This document shows positions 52,635-63,989 of a stretch of 64,000 bases of DNA, piece by piece. A program made the position numbers and the translations under genes. The DNA lies in NCBI GenBank assembly GCA_965198115.1, contig OZ240241.1:3936001-4000000 (forward strand), in the 5' to 3' direction. This stretch comes from Candidatus Latescibacterota bacterium. Its GTDB lineage: Bacteria; Latescibacterota; UBA2968. The notes under the pieces were generated by a model. That model did no database searches and was not told where the DNA came from. It saw only the letters and a list, made by a program, of their open reading frames with translations. Each line of letters starts with the position of its first letter. Position 1 is the first letter of the stretch.

Positions 52635-53703
52635 ATGAAAATCCAAAAACTCCAGTCCGGTTTCTACCGCATCCCGCTCCCTGTCGTCCTCTCCGACTCG
52701 ACGCACGGGGGATATCACCCATTTCGATTTCATCACCGCGCGAATTGTCACCAACGATGGTCTCGAGGGCGTAGGTTACACCTTCACGCCAGGAACAGGT
52801 GGGGCAGCCATCGCGGCGCTGCTCGAACACGATCTGGCGTTCTGTGTGGTCGGCGAGGACCCCCGCCGCATCGAACACCTGTGGAATCGGATGTGGTGGC
52901 ACGCCCACTTTGTCGGTCGGGGGGGCGCGGTCAACATCGCCCTGTGGGACCTCGTCGCCAAAGCGGCGAACGAGCCCTGGTGGCGCTACCTCGGCGGCAA
53001 CGACCATCGCGTCAGCGCCTATGCAGGTGGCGTCGATCTCTACTTCACCCTGGACGACCTCGTTAAACAGACCGAAGGCTTTCTCGACCAGGGATTCCGC
53101 GCCATAAAAATGAAGGTGGGGCGCCCACAGCTTTCCGAGGACGTCGAGCGTGTCGCACACATCCGGAATCTCCTGGGCCCCGACCTGCCGCTCCTCGTCG
53201 ACGCCAATATGGGCTGGCGCGTGGATGAAGCGATCCGCGGAGCCCGCGCCTTCTCCGAACACAACGTCTACTGGCTCGAAGAACCCACCATCCCCGACGA
53301 CTACGCCGGCCACGCCCGGATCGCGCGCGAGGGCGGCGTCCCCATCGCCACGGGTGAAAATCTTCGCACGCTCCACGAGTTCGAGCATATGATCCGCTAC
53401 GGCGAAATCGCCTTTCCCGAGCCCGACGTCGCCATCTGCGGCGGCGTCACCACCTGGCTCAAAGTCGCTCGGCTCGCCGAAGCGAACAATCTGCCCGTCA
53501 CGTCACACGGCGTCCACGACCTCCACGTCCACCTCCTCTCCGCCGTCCCCAATGCCTCCTTCCTCGAAGTACACGCATTCGACATCAGCCGCTTCATCGA
53601 ACATCCAATCGTCATCGAGGATGGCTACGCCGTCGCCCCGGATCGACCCGGCCACGGCGTCGTGCTGGATTGGGACGCGCTTGCCGCACACATAATCTCG
53701 TAG
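52635..53703 (+). pseudogene. Mandelate racemase / muconate lactonizing enzyme family, frameshift near 52710
   Basis: IALWD, KMKVG, DAN, WLEEP and ATGEN motifs; extra G in a G run; apparent short in-frame loss at GRGG|AVNIA. Confidence 0.85.
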
Positions 53704-53793
53704 ATCGATCTCACCCTTCTTTCTAAACTCGGTGATCATCACTCGGAACTCGTATATCGTTTCCTAATCACCCGTCAGTTCATAGGTCACAAG

Positions 53794-54648
53794 ATGCGCT
53801 TTCATATTCTAGGTTCCTCCGCCGGCAAAACCGTTCCACGTCCGTTCTGTCGTTGCCGCGTCTGCGAAACGGCCCGTCGTGACGGCGGGCGCGATGTCCG
53901 GACACGATGTGCCGTCCACCTCTATCTCGACGGTGATGATGTGGGCGAGCCGCGCTACGCCATCGACCTCTCGCCCGACGTCTCCTATCACTTCATCCGC
54001 GACAGCTTCGCCCTCGACAGGCTCGAGCACCTCATCTTCAGCCACGCAGACCCGGATCATATCGACACAGGGCTGCTCTCGATCCGTCCATCGATTCTCA
54101 GCGACCGAAGCGCGCTCCCTCATCTTCACACTTACGGCAGCGTGACAGTCGGTGAGAAAATGGAAAGACTCGACCTCGAAAAGCTGAACGTCTCATTTCA
54201 GCAGGTCGACCCATTTACACCATTCACGGCCGGAGACCTCAGCATCACCCCTCTCCTCGGAAATCACGGGCCAGGCGTTGTCCTCAACCACATCCTTCAG
54301 CACGGCGATACGACGGTACTCTGCGCGTGGGACACCGGCTACTGGACCGACGAGAGTTGGGAGCACGTCGAGGCCTTCTCCTTCGATGCGGTCATCTCGG
54401 AATGCACCATCTTCGGACCCGGTGAAGCCGACCTCGAAGCCCGGCACATGAACTTCGCCACACTCGTGGCCAAGAAAGAGCGACTGCTCGAAATGGAGTG
54501 CATCGCCGAGTCGACCCCCTGGGCGACGCTTCACATCGGCGACAACGGTGGCATCACCTACGACGAACAGGTTGCGCTCGGCGCGTCCCACGGCGTCACA
54601 CCCGGATATGACGGAATGTGGTTTTCGCCTTCGGGGATCGGAAAATAG
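53794..54648 (+). CDS. MBL-fold hydrolase (PhnP-like)
   Basis: LGSSAG..PRPFCRCRVC, SHADPDH and WDTG motifs. Confidence 0.85.
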   Translation: MRFHILGSSAGKTVPRPFCRCRVCETARRDGGRDVRTRCAVHLYLDGDDVGEPRYAIDLSPDVSYHFIRDSFALDRLEHLIFSHADPDHIDTGLLSIRPSILSDRSALPHLHTYGSVTVGEKMERLDLEKLNVSFQQVDPFTPFTAGDLSITPLLGNHGPGVVLNHILQHGDTTVLCAWDTGYWTDESWEHVEAFSFDAVISECTIFGPGEADLEARHMNFATLVAKKERLLEMECIAESTPWATLHIGDNGGITYDEQVALGASHGVTPGYDGMWFSPSGIGK

Positions 54649-54898
54649 AGATCGGAGATTCGGAAGCTGGAATCAGCGCCCTCTTTCGGATATTCACTAC
54701 TCGGCACTCGGATATCGCTATGTCAGTCTTCTGCCGCGGGACCGGCCACTAAGGAACTTCCAGAGAGGCCATAAAATGGGCCTTGGCCAAGAAGCGTACC
54801 GGGGTGACAGACGCTTAGCCATATGGCCACCTCAAATGGAGATTTCGGAGCTGCCCTCTCGGAACTCGGACATCGCTAATCGGCACTCGGATATCGCC
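54630..54898. repeat. Heptamer repeats (ACTCGGC/ACTCGGA/TATCGCT) plus one REP-like palindrome
   Basis: CTCGGCACTCGGATATCG also occurs at about 30397 and 55717; related runs at 174-196 and 53735-53760. Confidence 0.75.
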
Positions 54899-54901
54899 TG
54901 T

Positions 54902-55663
54902 ATGTTCACTAACATCTCCACGAGCATCGAACGTTTCGCAGCTCAGGGCTACCTCGTCATTCCCAACGCGCTGGATCAGGCCGAAGTCGAAGCCTTCAAC
55001 GAAGCCGTCGATCGGGACCGCGAGCACTTCCCGCGTCTCTGGCAGAACCGCGGCGGCGGTCGACATCAGGCCGTCAGCATTCTCCTCGACGAGCCGGTCT
55101 TTGATGCCTCCATCCTCCACCCTTCGACATTGCCGATCGCCCGCGAACTGATGGGCGAGGATCTTTGCTTCGAGGAGCATTCTGTGATGATTCGTGAACC
55201 GATCGAGGGCTCCCCACCCGATCCTCACTGGCATCGGGATATCCAACACGGCACCGATCCCCCGCTTTATCTGAGAAACCTATCGCTCGTCTACTACCTC
55301 ACCGACGTCGATGCGTCGACACACTGCTTCAGCATCGTTCCCGAATCCGTCGAAGCCAAGGCATCGGCGCCAGACCATCGTGACGGGAGCACGGCCGAGG
55401 ACCTTCACGGCCAGGCGGGCACCGCCATTCTCTTCAACGCCGCCAACATACACGACGCGCGCCAGCGCACGACCGATCGGGAGCGTCGCACCATACACAT
55501 CTACTACGGGCACCGGTCCTTGCCCCCGCTCAGCATCCACACGATTTTCCCCGATCGTCTGATCAACCATCCCGACCCAGACATCCGTGCCCTGTTCGAT
55601 CGCCCCAACGAGATCACCGAGCGGGTCCGCCGAGCGAGATCTCCCTCTGGGATCGGAGATTAG
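54902..55663 (+). CDS. PhyH family dioxygenase
   Basis: AQGYLVIPNAL, WHRD, YLTDV, VPES and AGTAILFNAANIH motifs. Confidence 0.88.
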   Translation: MFTNISTSIERFAAQGYLVIPNALDQAEVEAFNEAVDRDREHFPRLWQNRGGGRHQAVSILLDEPVFDASILHPSTLPIARELMGEDLCFEEHSVMIREPIEGSPPDPHWHRDIQHGTDPPLYLRNLSLVYYLTDVDASTHCFSIVPESVEAKASAPDHRDGSTAEDLHGQAGTAILFNAANIHDARQRTTDRERRTIHIYYGHRSLPPLSIHTIFPDRLINHPDPDIRALFDRPNEITERVRRARSPSGIGD

Positions 55664-55799
55664 AGAACGGTGATTGGGGAACTGAGGTTGTTCCTCTCGG
55701 AGATCGGATACCTGCACTCGGCACTCGGATATCGCTTTTTGGTCTCCGCTCCCTCCTCCCTATCTTGCACTGAATCCTCACTCTCTCTGGAGTCCGGCT

Positions 55800-56687
55800 A
55801 TGGAAACCCGCACACTCGGTAACACCGATCTCGAGGTCACCCGGCTCGCCTTCGGCGGCGCGCGCATCGGCTACGAAGACGTCACCGACGACCAGGTCGA
55901 CACCCTGTTGAACGGTCTGCTCGACAGCGGCATCAACTTCCTCGACACCGCCGCGTGCTATGACGACAGTGAAGAGCTCATCGGAAAGTATGTCAGCCAT
56001 CGACGCGATGAATATGTCCTCGCCTCGAAATGCGGCCACGTAGCCGGTGACGCCACGGGTGAGCCGTGGACGGCCGACACGATCCGTCACAGCATCGACC
56101 GATCGCTTCAGCGTCTCAAAACGGATCGCATCGACCTGATGCAGCTTCACAGCTGTTCCAAAGAGGTCCTGGAAACGGGAGAGGCCACCGAGGCTGTTCA
56201 GCGCGCTCAGGAAGCCGGCAAGGTGCGCTACACCTGCTTCAGCGGAGACGGTGAAAACGCTCTATACGCGATCGAATCGGGCGTCTTCGCTACATTGCAA
56301 ACCTCATTCAACGTCGTCGACCAGAAAGGGCGCGATTCCGTCCTCCCCGCGGCGGTCGAGGCCGGTATGGGCATCATCGCCAAACGACCGATCGCCAACG
56401 GCGCGTTCGGCTGGTCGGAGTCCCCCTACAACTACGCCGACGCCTATTGGGATCGCGCAAAGGCGATGACCGTTCCCGAGGGTGCGCCCGAGGATGGCAT
56501 CGAACTCGCGCTCCGCTTCACGCTCAGCCACGACGCCATTGACACGGCCATCGTCGGCACCACCAAACTGGCCAACGCGCAGGCCAACATCGCTTCCCTC
56601 GGCAACGGGCCGCTCGACGCAAACGTCATCACGTCGCTCCACAATCAGTTCGACAACCTGGGCGACGACTGGGACCAGCGAACTTAG
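55800..56687 (+). CDS. Aldo/keto reductase
   Basis: RTLGNTDLEV, NFLDTAACY and SLQRLKTDRIDL motifs. Confidence 0.92.
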   Translation: METRTLGNTDLEVTRLAFGGARIGYEDVTDDQVDTLLNGLLDSGINFLDTAACYDDSEELIGKYVSHRRDEYVLASKCGHVAGDATGEPWTADTIRHSIDRSLQRLKTDRIDLMQLHSCSKEVLETGEATEAVQRAQEAGKVRYTCFSGDGENALYAIESGVFATLQTSFNVVDQKGRDSVLPAAVEAGMGIIAKRPIANGAFGWSESPYNYADAYWDRAKAMTVPEGAPEDGIELALRFTLSHDAIDTAIVGTTKLANAQANIASLGNGPLDANVITSLHNQFDNLGDDWDQRT

Positions 56688-57383
56688 ATGCAGATCCTGC
56701 CCGACATCTATCTCCTCGACGGTTTTGCCTATGCTGCGCACGCCAATTTCTACCTCATCCACACCGATGCGGGCAACATCATCATCGACGCCGGGACACG
56801 CCCCGATGATCTGAGGGTCGCGGACGAACGCTCGGCGCTATGGGACATCTCGCTCCAGCACGTCGACTCCCTTCTCCTCACCCACAGTCACTACGATCAC
56901 ATCGGAAACGCGGCGGAAATCCGACAACGTGGCGCGACCGTCTACGCCGGGCCGAGCGACGCCGAAGGCATCGAACGCTCCGACAACCGGACCGTTCCCT
57001 ACGCCGCCGGCTTCAAACTTCCTCCTTGCAAAATCGACCACGTCGTCACCGACGGAGACGTCATCGAAACCTGCGGTCTCCGTATCGAAACCATCCACGC
57101 GCCCGGTCACACGGACGGTTGTGTCATTTACCAACTCAACCACGTCGGCAAAACCATCTGGTTCGCCGGTGACGTCCTGATGGCGAAAGGGACCGATTTC
57201 GTCCCCGAGCTCGGTTGGCAGGGTGGAGAGGACTTCGACAAACCGACGTATATCCAGACGCTCAGGCGGCTGTCGGATTTGCCCGTCGACTGCTTACTTG
57301 CCGGTCACTATCTTCCCTATCTGCGTGACGGCCACCACCTCGTCGGCCGGGCCTACGTCAAGGCGCTTTGCGATTGGCGTTGA
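56688..57383 (+). CDS. MBL-fold hydrolase
   Basis: THSHYDH, APGHTDG, AGD and LAGH motifs. Confidence 0.9.
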   Translation: MQILPDIYLLDGFAYAAHANFYLIHTDAGNIIIDAGTRPDDLRVADERSALWDISLQHVDSLLLTHSHYDHIGNAAEIRQRGATVYAGPSDAEGIERSDNRTVPYAAGFKLPPCKIDHVVTDGDVIETCGLRIETIHAPGHTDGCVIYQLNHVGKTIWFAGDVLMAKGTDFVPELGWQGGEDFDKPTYIQTLRRLSDLPVDCLLAGHYLPYLRDGHHLVGRAYVKALCDWR

Positions 57384-57471
57384 CGATTGGCCAGACGGCA
57401 ACCATAGACACCGTCCACCGTCTCCCGTCTACCTTTTGGCGAACAACCGATTTCCCTGCCGCTTAAGGAGA

Positions 57472-58976
57472 ATGATGTTCGGACTCCACATACTCGACCT
57501 GACTATGCTCCTTCTTTACCTCGTGGGCATTATGTTCGTTGGCCTATGGGCCGCTCGCAGAGTAAAGGGTGTCGGGGACTTCTTTATGGGCGGAAGGCAG
57601 TTCGGCAAAGCCTTCATGGTCATGCACTCCTTCGGAACCGGAACACACACGGATCAGGCAGTCTCCGTCGCGGGAGCTTCCTACAAGCTGGGCTTCGCGG
57701 GCATCTGGTATCAATACCTCAACCTCTTCCTCACACCGTTCTACTGGATTGTCGCGCCGCTTCTACGGAGAATGCGGTATCTCACAACCGCAGACTTCTT
57801 CGATCAGCGATATCACCAGTCCCTGGGCATCTTCTACGCGGTGTTCGGTGTCCTGAACTTTGCGTTCAGTGTCGGTCTGATGCTCCTGGGCACTGGAAAG
57901 ACGGCGAGTGCCATCACGGGGGGTGCCATCAGCGCCGAGCTTGCGGTCGGTGTGATGACGGTCCTCTTCCTCACCTACGGCTTGGCCGGCGGACTGCCCG
58001 CGGCCATTGTCACCGACTTCATCCAGGGTATTTTCATCATTGTCCTTTCCTTTCTCCTCGTACCCTTCGTACTCGCCGAGGTCGGTGGATTCGAAGGATT
58101 GCATCGACAGATTCCGGAGGAAATGTTTAGCCTCCTCGCACCCGGCGACCCTCCGCCGGGATACGATCGAATCACGATCTTCTACATCTTTATCATCGTC
58201 GTCAACGGACTGGTTGGCACAATCGCGGCTCCCCACCATATGGCCATCGGCGGTGCGGGAAAGACCGAATGGGAAGTGCGATTCGGATTCACCTACGGCA
58301 ATATGATCAAACGGTTCTGCACGGTAGCCTGGTCGCTCGTCGGCATCGCGTGTGTGGCCATCTATCCAGGCATCGACGATCCTGAGCACGCCTTCGGATT
58401 GGCCACTCGCGACCTGCTACCCATCGGCCTCGTCGGTGTGATGCTCGCCTCGATGATTGCCGATGTGATGTCCTCGTGCGATTCCTTTATGGTCGACGGC
58501 TCTGCCCTCATCATCGAAAACGTCTACAAGCCCTACATCCGGCCCGAAGCCACGGAGAGACACCTGCTTATGGTCGGCCGAGTCGTGGGCGTCTTCATCG
58601 TCGCGGCAGGCATCTTCGTCACGCAGCTATCTACCTCTGTCGTCGAACTCCTTGTCCTCGCGTGGTCGCTCTCGGCCTTTTTCGGCATCGCCGTTTGGGG
58701 GGAGTCATCTGGAGGCGCGCCAACACGTGGGGCGCCTGGGGAGGCATCACCGCATCGATCGCTCTATGGGCGGTTTCCCGATTCCTCTGGGAATGGGAAC
58801 TGCAATATCAGTTCTCACTCTATCTTTCGGGCGGCTTCCTGACCCTCATCATCGTCAGCCTCCTGACACCCAAACAGGATCAGGACCAGCTGGACCGCTT
58901 TTACACGACCCTCCACACGCCGGTGGGCGATGAGCACAAGCTCCGTGAAGCAGGAATCAAAGTCGTGCTCGAATGA
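57472..58976 (+). pseudogene. Sodium:solute symporter, frameshift near 58700
   Basis: DFFMGGR, YGLAGGLPAAIVTDFIQG and MSSCDS; continues WRRANTWGA..HTPVG in the next frame after a G run. Confidence 0.85.
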
Positions 58977-59428
58977 GAATCCTTCTCACCCTCTTCGTCC
59001 TGGCACTCACCGCACACGCACAACAGCGACTGCAACGGCTCGAAGCGCACACCCCTGCCACGGACACGAGCCGCGTGATCGTGTCACCCCGCATTTTCAC
59101 CGCCCCCGAGCTCGATAGCCTCATCAAAGCGGGAAACCACGTCGATTCACTCGTCGTCTACCCGGCACGAATCTACGTCACCGAGGGTGGGTCTTATAAG
59201 CTGAATCAACTTTTCGTCCTTGCGATCGACTCGGCGGGTCAACGTGTCTACCGTGCGCCCCTCGCGATCGAATTGGCTTCCTTCAACGCGTCCCTCGGCA
59301 CGGAGGGACTGTTCGGGTTTCGGGAAGGAACGGCCAACCTGAGGATTACCAGCCTCTTGCCTCGCAAGGGGGGCAAAACGAGTGTCGGCGTCGAACTCGA
59401 CGTCATCGTGACACCCTGGCCCAACTGA
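58973..59428 (+). CDS. Hypothetical secreted protein
   Basis: Signal peptide ..ALTAHA-Q; ATGA overlap with the upstream stop. Confidence 0.65.
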   Translation: MRILLTLFVLALTAHAQQRLQRLEAHTPATDTSRVIVSPRIFTAPELDSLIKAGNHVDSLVVYPARIYVTEGGSYKLNQLFVLAIDSAGQRVYRAPLAIELASFNASLGTEGLFGFREGTANLRITSLLPRKGGKTSVGVELDVIVTPWPN

Positions 59429-59523
59429 ATGCGCCCTCCGGTGGCGGACTCTCGTTTCCCCGGCAGGGGAGACGACCGCTGCAACAGATCTTCAATCGCG
59501 ACCCAAACCGGAAGTCTTCCCGG

Positions 59524-60993
59524 ATGAAACCGAACATCCTCTGGATCTGTACCGATCAGCAGCGTTTCGACACGATCGGGGCTCTCGGTAACGCAGTCAT
59601 AGAGACACCTCACCTCGACCGCCTCGCCGAATCCGGTGTCGCCTTCACACACGCCTACTGTCAGAACCCGATCTGCCAGCCCAGTCGCGCCAGTTTCATG
59701 ACCGGGCTGTATCCCAGCACCCTCCACGTCAACGGCAACGGCGTGGAAACTTTCCCCCAGAACGTGCCCGTCGTATCCAGGATGTTCGCCGATGCGGGTT
59801 ACACGTGCGGTTTGATCGGCAAACTGCACCTCAACGCCGCCTATCACGGCGTCGAAAAGCGCGTCGACGATGGCTACACTTACTGGCACTACAGTCACGG
59901 TCCCTACAGTCGTCTGTCACCTGACGCAAAAGGCAACGACTATGCGGACTGGATTCGGGCCCAGGGCGAGGATCCGGAGACCGTGCTTTTCGACCCGGGT
60001 GGCGTGCCCGATCGACTCCATCACACGACCTGGTGCGTGGAGAAAACCTCCGCCTTCATCCGAGAAAGCGTCGGTAGACCCTGGTTCGCCTCGGTCAACA
60101 TCTTCTTTCCGCACAAGCCGTTCAATCCGCCCAGAGAGTACTTGAATCGATACGATCCCGACGCGATGCCGCCCCCTCTCTACCGGGATTCCGACCAGGA
60201 GACACAGAGCCAGCTCGACCTGATTCCGACACAGGGCGGTCTCGGCACACCCGACAGGCTCGAACTGGGTCACACGAGCGGACAAACAGAAACCTTCCTG
60301 GGCGGTCGATCGGATGCGGGGGCAGCCAAGGCCCACTACTACGCCCTGATCACCCACATCGACGAACAAATCGGCCATCTCCTCGACCTCCTCGACGAGA
60401 TGGGCCAGCGAGATAACACACTCACCATCTTCACCTCCGACCACGGCGAACTGCTCGGCGACCACGGCCGAGTCTACAAGGGATGTCGATTCTACGAAGG
60501 GCTCGTCCGGGTTCCACTCATCTGGCACTGGCCGGGGCAGTTTGCCGAGGGCACGCGCGCATCCGGCCTCGTCGAGCTCATCGACATCGTCCCCACCCTC
60601 CTCGACCTGTGCGATCTGGACATCCCCGATCACATCCAGGGCCGGTCGCTCCGACCGATCCTCCAGGGATCTCAGTCACCCGAAATATTCAGAGACCACG
60701 TTCGCTGTGAGTTCTACGATGCCCAGCACACATTGAACAGCGAGGGCCGGACCGGTTACGGCACGATGTATCGCGACAGCCGCTATAAACTCGTCGTCTA
60801 CCACGAATATGATCTCGGGGAACTCTACGACCTGGAGGAAGACCCGGGCGAATTCGACAATCGGTGGAACGATCCGGACTACAGCCCCATCAAGATGGAC
60901 TTGATGAAGAAAAGCTTCGACGCATCAATGCTGATCACCGACTGGGGTGGTGTTCCCTGCGTTCGTCGGAGAAATTCCACACCGATCTACTGA
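59524..60993 (+). CDS. Sulfatase
   Basis: PNILWICTDQQR, CQPSRAS, GKLHL and TSDHGE motifs. Confidence 0.93.
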   Translation: MKPNILWICTDQQRFDTIGALGNAVIETPHLDRLAESGVAFTHAYCQNPICQPSRASFMTGLYPSTLHVNGNGVETFPQNVPVVSRMFADAGYTCGLIGKLHLNAAYHGVEKRVDDGYTYWHYSHGPYSRLSPDAKGNDYADWIRAQGEDPETVLFDPGGVPDRLHHTTWCVEKTSAFIRESVGRPWFASVNIFFPHKPFNPPREYLNRYDPDAMPPPLYRDSDQETQSQLDLIPTQGGLGTPDRLELGHTSGQTETFLGGRSDAGAAKAHYYALITHIDEQIGHLLDLLDEMGQRDNTLTIFTSDHGELLGDHGRVYKGCRFYEGLVRVPLIWHWPGQFAEGTRASGLVELIDIVPTLLDLCDLDIPDHIQGRSLRPILQGSQSPEIFRDHVRCEFYDAQHTLNSEGRTGYGTMYRDSRYKLVVYHEYDLGELYDLEEDPGEFDNRWNDPDYSPIKMDLMKKSFDASMLITDWGGVPCVRRRNSTPIY

Positions 60994-61005
60994 AGACGTT
61001 CGCTT

Positions 61006-61968
61006 ATGCTGCCCTCACGCGATGAAATCCAAGCCGCAGCAGAGATCGTTTACGCGGCAATGCCACCGACACCTCAGTATCGGTGGCCGATGCTGTGTGA
61101 GCGGCTCGGAACCGACGTCTGGGTCAAGCACGAGAATCACACGCCCGTCGGCGCATTCAAAGTGCGTGGAGGCCTGGTCTACTTCGCCGTACTCTCCGTA
61201 GATGCGCGAACGAAGGGCGTCATCTGCGCCACACGCGGAAACCACGGACAGTCCGTTGCGTGGGCGGCCAGACGCTACGACATTCCCGCAACGATCGTCG
61301 TGCCGCACGGCAACAGCCGCGAGAAGAACGCCGCCGTCCAGGCGTTGGGCGCCGTCCTCATCGAAAGTGGAGACGACTTCCAGTCGTCACTCGAACACGC
61401 GCAACGGCTTGCTGACGACGGCGGCCTGCATTTGGTCCCCTCCTTCGATACACCTCTCGTCGCCGGCGTCGCGACCTACGCCCTAGAACTCCTGTCCGAA
61501 ACCGACGACCTCGACGTCATCTATGTGCCCATCGGGCTCGGGTCGGGCATCTGTGGCGTGCTCGCCGCCAAACAGGCGTTGGGTCTGTCGATCGAGGTCG
61601 TGGGCGTCGTGTCGGCACACGCCCGGGCCTACGCCGAATCTTTCGCGAGCGGCCGACCCATCGATGCCCCGGTAACCACACGTCTGGCAGACGGGATGGC
61701 GTGTCGAACGCCTCATCCCGACGCCCTCGGCTTCATCCGGGAGGGTGTCGATCGCATCGTCGAGGTCACGGACGTAGAAATCGCCGAAGCGATGCGCGCG
61801 CTCTTCGAATGCACACACAACGTCGCTGAAGGCGCGGGCGCCGCTCCCGTAGCTGCCGCGATTCAGGAAAAGTCCAGAAACAGCGGAAGGAGAGTCGCCG
61901 TTGTCCTGTCGGGAGGCAACGTCGATCGCGACGTCTTCGCCAGCGTCCTCGATGGGTCCTTCACGTGA
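61006..61968 (+). CDS. PLP-dependent threonine dehydratase-like protein
   Basis: GAFKVRG, TRGNHG, PIGLGSG and SGGNVD motifs. Confidence 0.92.
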   Translation: MLPSRDEIQAAAEIVYAAMPPTPQYRWPMLCERLGTDVWVKHENHTPVGAFKVRGGLVYFAVLSVDARTKGVICATRGNHGQSVAWAARRYDIPATIVVPHGNSREKNAAVQALGAVLIESGDDFQSSLEHAQRLADDGGLHLVPSFDTPLVAGVATYALELLSETDDLDVIYVPIGLGSGICGVLAAKQALGLSIEVVGVVSAHARAYAESFASGRPIDAPVTTRLADGMACRTPHPDALGFIREGVDRIVEVTDVEIAEAMRALFECTHNVAEGAGAAPVAAAIQEKSRNSGRRVAVVLSGGNVDRDVFASVLDGSFT

Positions 61969-62059
61969 AACCGTCTGGTCTGCAAGGTCATCCCGGCCCC
62001 GATCTCGAACCGAGTTTTTTCATTCCTCCTACCTCGCCCACGCCATCGAGACCGATCCG

Positions 62060-62500
62060 ATGACAAACCAGGCCTTCTTCCTATCGAACCAGATCGCCCT
62101 GATCGGATGGATCCTGCTGATTCTCCGTCCGAGATGGCGACTCGCTACGCACCTCATCTGTCCCGTCCTGATCCCCGTCATCCTGGGACTGCTATACTTT
62201 GGCCTGGTCATCGGATATTTTCCTCAAAGCGACGGTGAATACGGCTCACTCGATGCCGTGGCACGACTGTTCGAAAGCCGGCAGCTGTTGCTCGCGGGAT
62301 GGGTTCACTACCTCGCTTTCGATCTCTTCATCGGAGCCTGGCAGGTTAGAGACGCGTAGCGACTCGGCCTTCGCCACCTGACGGTCGTACCCTGTCTCTT
62401 GCTGACGTTCCTTTTCGGCCCAGTGGGCTGGCTCGCATACTATGGACTCCGATCGGTCCACAAAAGGAGCATCACACTCGATGATGACCCTGATCCGTGA
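62060..62500 (+). pseudogene. ABA4-like/DUF4281 membrane protein with in-frame TAG at 62357
   Basis: GWVHYLAFDLFIG; after the TAG the frame continues RLGLRH..PCLLLTFLFGPVG. Confidence 0.85.
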
Positions 62501-63260
62501 AATCCACGACCGCAATCCGATCCTCTCCTGGACGGGTCGTTTTCACTTCGCGTTGATTGGCCTGTTCCTGATCGCCGATGACCGCACGATTCTGGGCATC
62601 GATCCCTGGATCAAACCGACCAAGTTCGCGATTTCCAACGGGATTTTCCTGTGGACGATGGCGTATCTCCTCGAGGACCTCAAAGCCGATACGCGATCCG
62701 TCTCCATCGTTTCCCGAGTCATTGCCGTTGCTATGCTCGCAGAGATTGTCTGCATAGGTGGACAATCTCTGCGTGGCGTTCCATCCCACTTCAACTTCAC
62801 CACAACATTGAACGCCCTCATTTTCTCGATAATGGGCATCATGATTCTTCTAAACACCGTAGCCGTCCTCTACGTCGGCGTCCTATTCTTCATCAGGCAC
62901 CTCGAATTATCCGAAACCTACCTCTGGGGTATCCGGTGGGGGATCGCCCTGTTTCTGATCGGCAGTGCGTGGGGGAATTCGATGGTCAACCTCAGCGCCC
63001 ATACCATCGGGGCACCCGATGGGGGACCCGGCCTCCCGATTCTCAACTGGAGTACCGTGGGGGGAGACTTGAGAATCGCTCACGCGATGGGACTCCACGC
63101 TCTGCAGTTCTGCCCGCTCATCGGGCACCTCGTTGGTCGCAGGATCGCATCCGGCGCCAGGTGGCCCATTCTCGCCCTTGCTATCGGTTTCTACGGGGCC
63201 GGTATGTTCTTCCTCTACCATCAGGCAGTGAGCGGCGAACCCCTGATTGGCAATCGATGA
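62481..63260 (+). CDS. Conserved membrane protein (DUF4281 partner)
   Basis: WIKPTKFAIS, RGVPSHFN, HTIGAPDGGPGLP and GDLRIAHAMGLHALQ motifs. Confidence 0.8.
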   Translation: MMTLIREIHDRNPILSWTGRFHFALIGLFLIADDRTILGIDPWIKPTKFAISNGIFLWTMAYLLEDLKADTRSVSIVSRVIAVAMLAEIVCIGGQSLRGVPSHFNFTTTLNALIFSIMGIMILLNTVAVLYVGVLFFIRHLELSETYLWGIRWGIALFLIGSAWGNSMVNLSAHTIGAPDGGPGLPILNWSTVGGDLRIAHAMGLHALQFCPLIGHLVGRRIASGARWPILALAIGFYGAGMFFLYHQAVSGEPLIGNR

Positions 63261-63989
63261 TCACGCACTACGCAAAACTGCAGCTACCCACGCTTTCTCC
63301 TCAAGGCGTCCGCCAGGTCTTTGCGAAGGTCTCGGGTTCGATGTCTTGACCGAGAACGAGGATTCGATCTCGCTCACGATTACCCCGTTCACGCAGTTTC
63401 ACTTTGCCCGTACAGAGTCGCCCCTGGCACCCGCACACCTCGCGTTCGAAGTTCGTCATTCGTCGTTTCAGGCATCGGCCCACCTGATCGCGTCGGCAGG
63501 CTGCTGTTGTGTGGCGACATCGACGGATCACACTCACAGACGCTACTTCAAGGACGGTGACGGCAATCTGCTCGAGATCTATTCCCACGACTACATCGAC
63601 GATTCGGCATTGCCCGCCGACAATCCGCTCGGCGTACTCTACCTGCGCGAAGTCGGGTTCGTCATCGACGCCTTCGATGCGTGCTGGGATGCTTGCTCGG
63701 TCCTGGGGATGATCAACACGAGAGGTGGGAGGACCGGCCGGTTCAGCATTCTGGCATCGGGAACGGGCACGTCGTGCTGAATCACCGTCGTCGTCGGTGG
63801 ATTCCGATCGCGATGACCGCGTGGAAACCCGACCTGCACGTCACCTTCGGCGCGACGGATGCCGTCGACGAACAGCTCTCGCTACCATCGATTGAAGAAG
63901 AAGGTTACGACGTTCTGATCAGACACACACCCGAGTTTGACCCCCAGCTACCCGAACGGTTAGGCGTTCCACACGTGGATGATGAATAG
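63257..63989 (+). pseudogene. VOC/glyoxalase family protein, two frameshifts
   Basis: GLGFDV, HLAFEV, YFKDGDGNLLEI and LREVGF; pieces lie in three frames. Confidence 0.7.

Noticed and set aside
62357-62359. Stop-codon recoding (TAG here, TGA at 17458)
   Set aside because: Both codons end many normal genes in the window; single nonsense changes are the simpler explanation.
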